The notes beneath the pieces were generated by a model. That model was not told the origin of the DNA, made no database searches, and saw only the letters and a list, made by a program, of their open reading frames with translations. The position numbers and the translations under genes are program-made. Shown here in pieces: positions 60,120-64,000 of a DNA stretch of 64,000 nucleotides (its first letter is position 1; every line of letters starts with the position of its first letter). The stretch is from an uncultured Rhodospirillaceae bacterium (GTDB lineage Bacteria; Pseudomonadota; Alphaproteobacteria; UBA6615). The stretch is from NCBI GenBank assembly GCA_964530225.1, contig CAZHBA010000049.1, forward strand, positions 847-64,846, given 5' to 3'.

Positions 60120-62305
60120 GGGGTGCCGATCTGCATGAACGGCCGTGGCGCACCGTCGAGCGCCACCTGCACATCGACCAGGGTGCCGCAATTGGTGCAG
60201 CAAAGTTGGCGCAGGTGAAACCGCCCGACATCGTAATCCTCGCCGCGCACGGGTCCGGCTGCGCTGAGTGGCGCGCACACCTCGCGCAAATGGTCAAGCA
60301 AATTGTCGCTAGCACCGCAATGGCGCTGTCCGCATTGTCCGCAAGCGACCGAATCGGCGTTGCTATCCACCACCAGCACATCGCCGAATGTGAGCTGCCC
60401 AGCACCGGGGAACGACACCACCGCGTCGCCCGGATCGATGGCGACCGCAGCGGCCAGTCTTTCTTGCCTTATTACTTTGCGGCGCGCCTCGGTCGCCGCG
60501 TTATCGGCAGCGCCGTCACCGATCAGCACCAGGCCGTAGATATTGTGCGCGGCTTCGCGCGACACCGCGCCACGCGCCACGTCACGGGCGCAGGCCGTGC
60601 TGTCGCGCAGCAGCGGATCGCCGTAGCCACCGCCCGCCTGCCAGCAATGGTACCACACGTCGCCGGTGTTAATCGGTTCGCGTTCGTGTTTGCTCGCCAT
60701 AATTTTGTGACGGCCACCGATATCCTCCAGCCGGTCGGCCAGCGGCACACCGTTGGCTAGACGCTTGGGCAGGTCGGTATCGAGAAAGCGTCCGATGCGG
60801 ATGGCGTTGCCCGGCATGCCACCGGCGACGCCGATGCCGTTCGGCATTTCTGCACCTGTACCGGCGAACAGACCGACCAGATCGTCGTTGGGTGCATCGT
60901 AGACGGTGTAGGCCAGCTCGCCGGAGCGGCCGCCGCGGAACCGTCCCGGCCCACCTGAATCGCGCAGATGATGGCGATAGAGATAGAGCACCGGATATTC
61001 GCTTTCCTGATCTTCGATGTTCGGCATGTTTGGTGTGGTGTTGAACACGATGCCTGAGGTGTCGACGCCGTCGGCATAGGTACGTGCGCCGCCGCCACCG
61101 CCGAAATGGCTCATCTCGGTGGCGGCGAAGGGGAAGCCGTGTTGGCTGGTGCCGGCGAAAATCGGCGCCAGCGACGTGCCCGACCACACCGCCATCGCTT
61201 CGCCGCGGTAGGTCTCGCTCGCCAGCAGCATTTGTGACAGGCAGCGCCAGGCCGAATCTATGGTGACGATAACGCCCGAGATGGTAGCCATGGCGCAGGG
61301 AGCCGGATAGGCGCAGTTATTGACCGTGCCCTCTTCGGAAATAATATCAATACAGTCACGCACGCCACGGTTCCACGGGATGTCCCAGCACAAGTTGATG
61401 TAGATCGACGACAGGACTGCGGCCTGTAGGCCGGAATAGGTGCAGTTGATGAGGCCCGGCGCATTGGCGCTGGTGCCAGTGAAATCGAAGGTCAGGTTTT
61501 GCCCGCGCTTGGTCAGGGTGCAGACAATCTGGTAGATACGCGATTCATGGCCGTCATGGTCGATATACTGCACCTCGCGCCACTTGCCGTCGGGCAACTC
61601 GTCGAGGCGGTCGCGCAGCTTGCTGGCGGTAAATTCGATCGAGTGCACCATCGCCCCTTTGAACGTTTTGACGCCCCAGTTTTCGATTAATTCGCCGATA
61701 CGATCGCGCCCGGTCATCAGGCAGGCGATTTGGCCTTTGACGTCGAGACCGACTAACGGGTCGCGCACCTGGTTGATGATCCAGTTGAGGATGTCGTCGC
61801 GTACAGCGCCGCGCTCGACCAGCTTGACCGGCGGCATGCGTAACCCTTCTTGGTGAATATCTACGGCCTTGACTGAGAAACCGCCGGGATCCATACCGCC
61901 GGTATCGAGCTGGTGGCCCGACGCGCCGACCCAGGCGACCAGCTCGCCTTCGTGAAAAATTGGTGCCACTGTGGCGAAGTCAGGTGCGTGGATGGCACCC
62001 AGATAGGGGTCGTTACAGATGAATATGTCGCCATCCTCAAAGCTGCCATGGCGCGCCGTGGCGTCGATTGTCGCCTGCACGATCAGCGGTAGCACGTTAC
62101 CCTGGGTGACAATGTAGGGACCGACGGCGACTAGATTGCCATCGGCATCCATGATCGCCGAAGCGGCATCGTTGCCGGTGATCAATACGTTTGAGCCGGA
62201 ACAGCGCATGTAGTGGATGCCCATTTCCTCGGAAATGCTCAGCAGGCGGTGGTTTAGAACCTCGAAGGAAACGGGATCGAGCACGGTTGGTGATGTATCA
62301 GGCAT
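60116..62305 (-). CDS. hyuB: hydantoinase B/oxoprolinase-family protein with Cys-rich C-terminal extension
   Basis: 729 aa. The N-terminal ~570 aa form a HyuB fold. The C-terminal ~120 aa carry CGQCGQRHCG and CCTNCG motifs (a putative Zn ribbon). Confidence 0.85.
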   Translation of the reverse strand: MPDTSPTVLDPVSFEVLNHRLLSISEEMGIHYMRCSGSNVLITGNDAASAIMDADGNLVAVGPYIVTQGNVLPLIVQATIDATARHGSFEDGDIFICNDPYLGAIHAPDFATVAPIFHEGELVAWVGASGHQLDTGGMDPGGFSVKAVDIHQEGLRMPPVKLVERGAVRDDILNWIINQVRDPLVGLDVKGQIACLMTGRDRIGELIENWGVKTFKGAMVHSIEFTASKLRDRLDELPDGKWREVQYIDHDGHESRIYQIVCTLTKRGQNLTFDFTGTSANAPGLINCTYSGLQAAVLSSIYINLCWDIPWNRGVRDCIDIISEEGTVNNCAYPAPCAMATISGVIVTIDSAWRCLSQMLLASETYRGEAMAVWSGTSLAPIFAGTSQHGFPFAATEMSHFGGGGGARTYADGVDTSGIVFNTTPNMPNIEDQESEYPVLYLYRHHLRDSGGPGRFRGGRSGELAYTVYDAPNDDLVGLFAGTGAEMPNGIGVAGGMPGNAIRIGRFLDTDLPKRLANGVPLADRLEDIGGRHKIMASKHEREPINTGDVWYHCWQAGGGYGDPLLRDSTACARDVARGAVSREAAHNIYGLVLIGDGAADNAATEARRKVIRQERLAAAVAIDPGDAVVSFPGAGQLTFGDVLVVDSNADSVACGQCGQRHCGASDNLLDHLREVCAPLSAAGPVRGEDYDVGRFHLRQLCCTNCGTLVDVQVALDGAPRPFMQIGTP

Positions 62306-64000
62306 GGCGATGGCCTTCCACGCTGTCGCCGGCGATATGGAGGTGGCCGAATTCGTCGACCCGCGCTGCTTGGCCGGTCTGCAGGACGACGGTGGTGCCC
62401 GGCTGTTCGATAATCGCGGGCCCGTCTATGGTGGCGCCGGCGCCCAGCTTGGTGCCTTCGTAGACCGGTGTGTTGACCGTCGTTCCTTGAACCGCGCAAT
62501 AGGCCGCCCGGTGCAGGCGCGGCTGCGGCGTACCATCATGCACAACCAACCGGTGCGGCTCGTGCTTGCGTACCTGCCCCACTGCATCGACGCCGTAATT
62601 GATGAGTTCGATACCGGCGTCGGTCAGCCCTGTGCCGACGCCGAACAGGCGCTCGTATTCGCGGTGGAACGCCTCGGCGATCCCCTCGATACCGGCCTCG
62701 CCGATCGAACCTGGCGCGCGAACTCGCACCGTGTGCACCTGACGGCGGTAGCGTGCCTCGACCCAGCGGTGGAACACCGTATCGGAGTCGGATATCTCAG
62801 CGCCGCGCAGCAAATCGCCGCCTTGCGTTTCCATGTCGGCGTAGAATTTTTCTAGCTTGGCGGCGGGTACCGGCAGCACTAGTGGGTCGGAATAGCGCAG
62901 GCTAAAGCGCACATCGGTGATCGCTGCGCCGAAGGCCGAATGCACCGTTGCCACTGCCGGAATGATGATCTCACCACACCCGGACTCGGGCCCGTAGGAA
63001 CAGGCATGGGTTGGCCCGGCGCCACCATAGGCCATCAGTACGAAGTCGCGGGTATCGTGGCCGCGTTCCAGCGTCGTCTTGCGGATCAGATCAGCCATCT
63101 GGCTGTCTACCACGCGCCGGATACCCGCCGCTGCTGTCAGTACGTCGCCGCCGAACAACGGGTCTGCAATGTGCTCGGCGATGGCGTTGTGTGCGCGCGC
63201 GGCATCGAGCTGCATCGCGCCATCGAGAAAGTGGTTGGGCGAAATGTAGCCGAGCACCACGTCGGCATCAGTGACCGTCGCTTCGGTGCCGCCGAGGCCG
63301 TAGCATGCCGGTCCCGGGTCGGCGTTGGCACTGCGCGGCCCGACGCGCAAGCGCCCACGATCGATCCAGGCGATGGAGCCACCGCCGGCGCCGATCGAGG
63401 CGATGTCGATCATCGGCAGACGCAATTGGTACTGGTTGAGCACCGTCTCGCGGCTATAGGACCAGTTATTGTCGGCGATCACAGCGACCTTGAATGTGGT
63501 GCCGCCTACATCGGTAGCGATTACGTTGGGATAGTCCAATTGTTTGGCCAGCCGCGCTGCGCCGACGACGCCGGCGGCGGGCCCCGACTCCACTGTCATG
63601 ATAGGCACCGTCTGCGCCGCTGTGGCGATGCCACCATTGGCCTGCACGATCAACAGGTTTTGCGCCAGTCCCTTGTCGGCGAGCGAGCTTTCGAGGCGCG
63701 ACAGATAGCCCTCGATGAGGGTGCCCACATAGGCGTTAAACAATGCCGTGGCCGAGCGTTCGTATTCGCCGATGACCGGCGCGACTTGCGCCGACAGCGA
63801 TATGAAACAATTGGGCAGTTCATCGCGCAGAATTTCGCTGGCGCGAACCTCGTGGACGGGATTTTTGTGGGAGAACAGCAGACAGACGGCGACGGCCTCG
63901 TAGCCGGCTGCACCTATCTCTTTGGCGATAGTCCGTATCTTGGTCTCGTCCAACGGTACCAGCACCGAACCCTTGTAATCGATGCGCTCGCCGACCTCGA
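62298..64000 (-). CDS. hyuA: hydantoinase A/oxoprolinase-family protein. N-terminus lies beyond the window end.
   Basis: Shows the HyuA middle and C-terminal regions (...DVGGTTFKVAV..., IDIASIGAGGGS). The frame stays open upstream of the listed Met to the window edge. Overlaps hyuB by 8 nt. Confidence 0.85.
   Translation of the reverse strand, partial: EVGERIDYKGSVLVPLDETKIRTIAKEIGAAGYEAVAVCLLFSHKNPVHEVRASEILRDELPNCFISLSAQVAPVIGEYERSATALFNAYVGTLIEGYLSRLESSLADKGLAQNLLIVQANGGIATAAQTVPIMTVESGPAAGVVGAARLAKQLDYPNVIATDVGGTTFKVAVIADNNWSYSRETVLNQYQLRLPMIDIASIGAGGGSIAWIDRGRLRVGPRSANADPGPACYGLGGTEATVTDADVVLGYISPNHFLDGAMQLDAARAHNAIAEHIADPLFGGDVLTAAAGIRRVVDSQMADLIRKTTLERGHDTRDFVLMAYGGAGPTHACSYGPESGCGEIIIPAVATVHSAFGAAITDVRFSLRYSDPLVLPVPAAKLEKFYADMETQGGDLLRGAEISDSDTVFHRWVEARYRRQVHTVRVRAPGSIGEAGIEGIAEAFHREYERLFGVGTGLTDAGIELINYGVDAVGQVRKHEPHRLVVHDGTPQPRLHRAAYCAVQGTTVNTPVYEGTKLGAGATIDGPAIIEQPGTTVVLQTGQAARVDEFGHLHIAGDSVEGHRHA

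Overview
This is a 64 kb high-GC chromosomal segment whose gene content points to an alphaproteobacterium, probably from the Rhodospirillales. The taxonomic cues are a class I LysRS, COQ9-like, DUF1013, DUF1192, ZauP-ZapA and a complete Tol-Pal cluster. It is almost entirely housekeeping. In order along the window:
- a 3-hydroxyisobutyrate dehydrogenase-like gene (partial at the window edge), a TerB-like protein, a 923-aa DinG-family helicase, class I lysyl-tRNA synthetase, ilvE-like aminotransferase, def and a COQ9-like protein;
- two adjacent acyl-CoA dehydrogenases, a luciferase-like monooxygenase and a VOC protein;
- purK-purE, an AMP-dependent acyl-CoA synthetase and qor;
- a methionine locus: metY with a structured leader, an alpha/beta hydrolase, a hotdog thioesterase and a convergent MetE-like gene;
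- a sigma32-type promoter driving hsp20, rpmE and an MsbA-like ABC exporter;
- a three-gene MotA/MotB-like envelope module on the minus strand;
- suhB, efp, thiE, fbaB, gap and tkt;
- zauP-zapA, a 6S RNA candidate, the ygfA and ymdB-like genes, yebC and ruvCAB;
- ybgC-tolQRAB-pal-cpoB, tilS, ftsH, folP, glmM and thiD;
- two tandem EamA transporters, and a hyuA/hyuB (hydantoinase/oxoprolinase family) operon with a PuuR-like XRE-cupin regulator.

No transposases, integrases, CRISPR arrays, tRNA or rRNA genes were recognised. The most unusual content:
- a flagellum-independent MotA/MotB-like stator module with long coiled-coil extensions, plus an OmpA-like periplasmic protein (28178-31792);
- a low-GC islet carrying a decayed GGDEF gene and two divergent DUF465 paralogs (15040-16660);
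- a deletion scar where 3' fragments of a truncated haemoglobin gene and a receiver-domain gene face each other (12986-13374);
- a probable ParE/RelE toxin remnant overlapping the MetE-like gene's start;
- a HyuB with a Cys-rich C-terminal extension;
- a paired acyl-CoA dehydrogenase cassette that lacks the canonical catalytic Glu.
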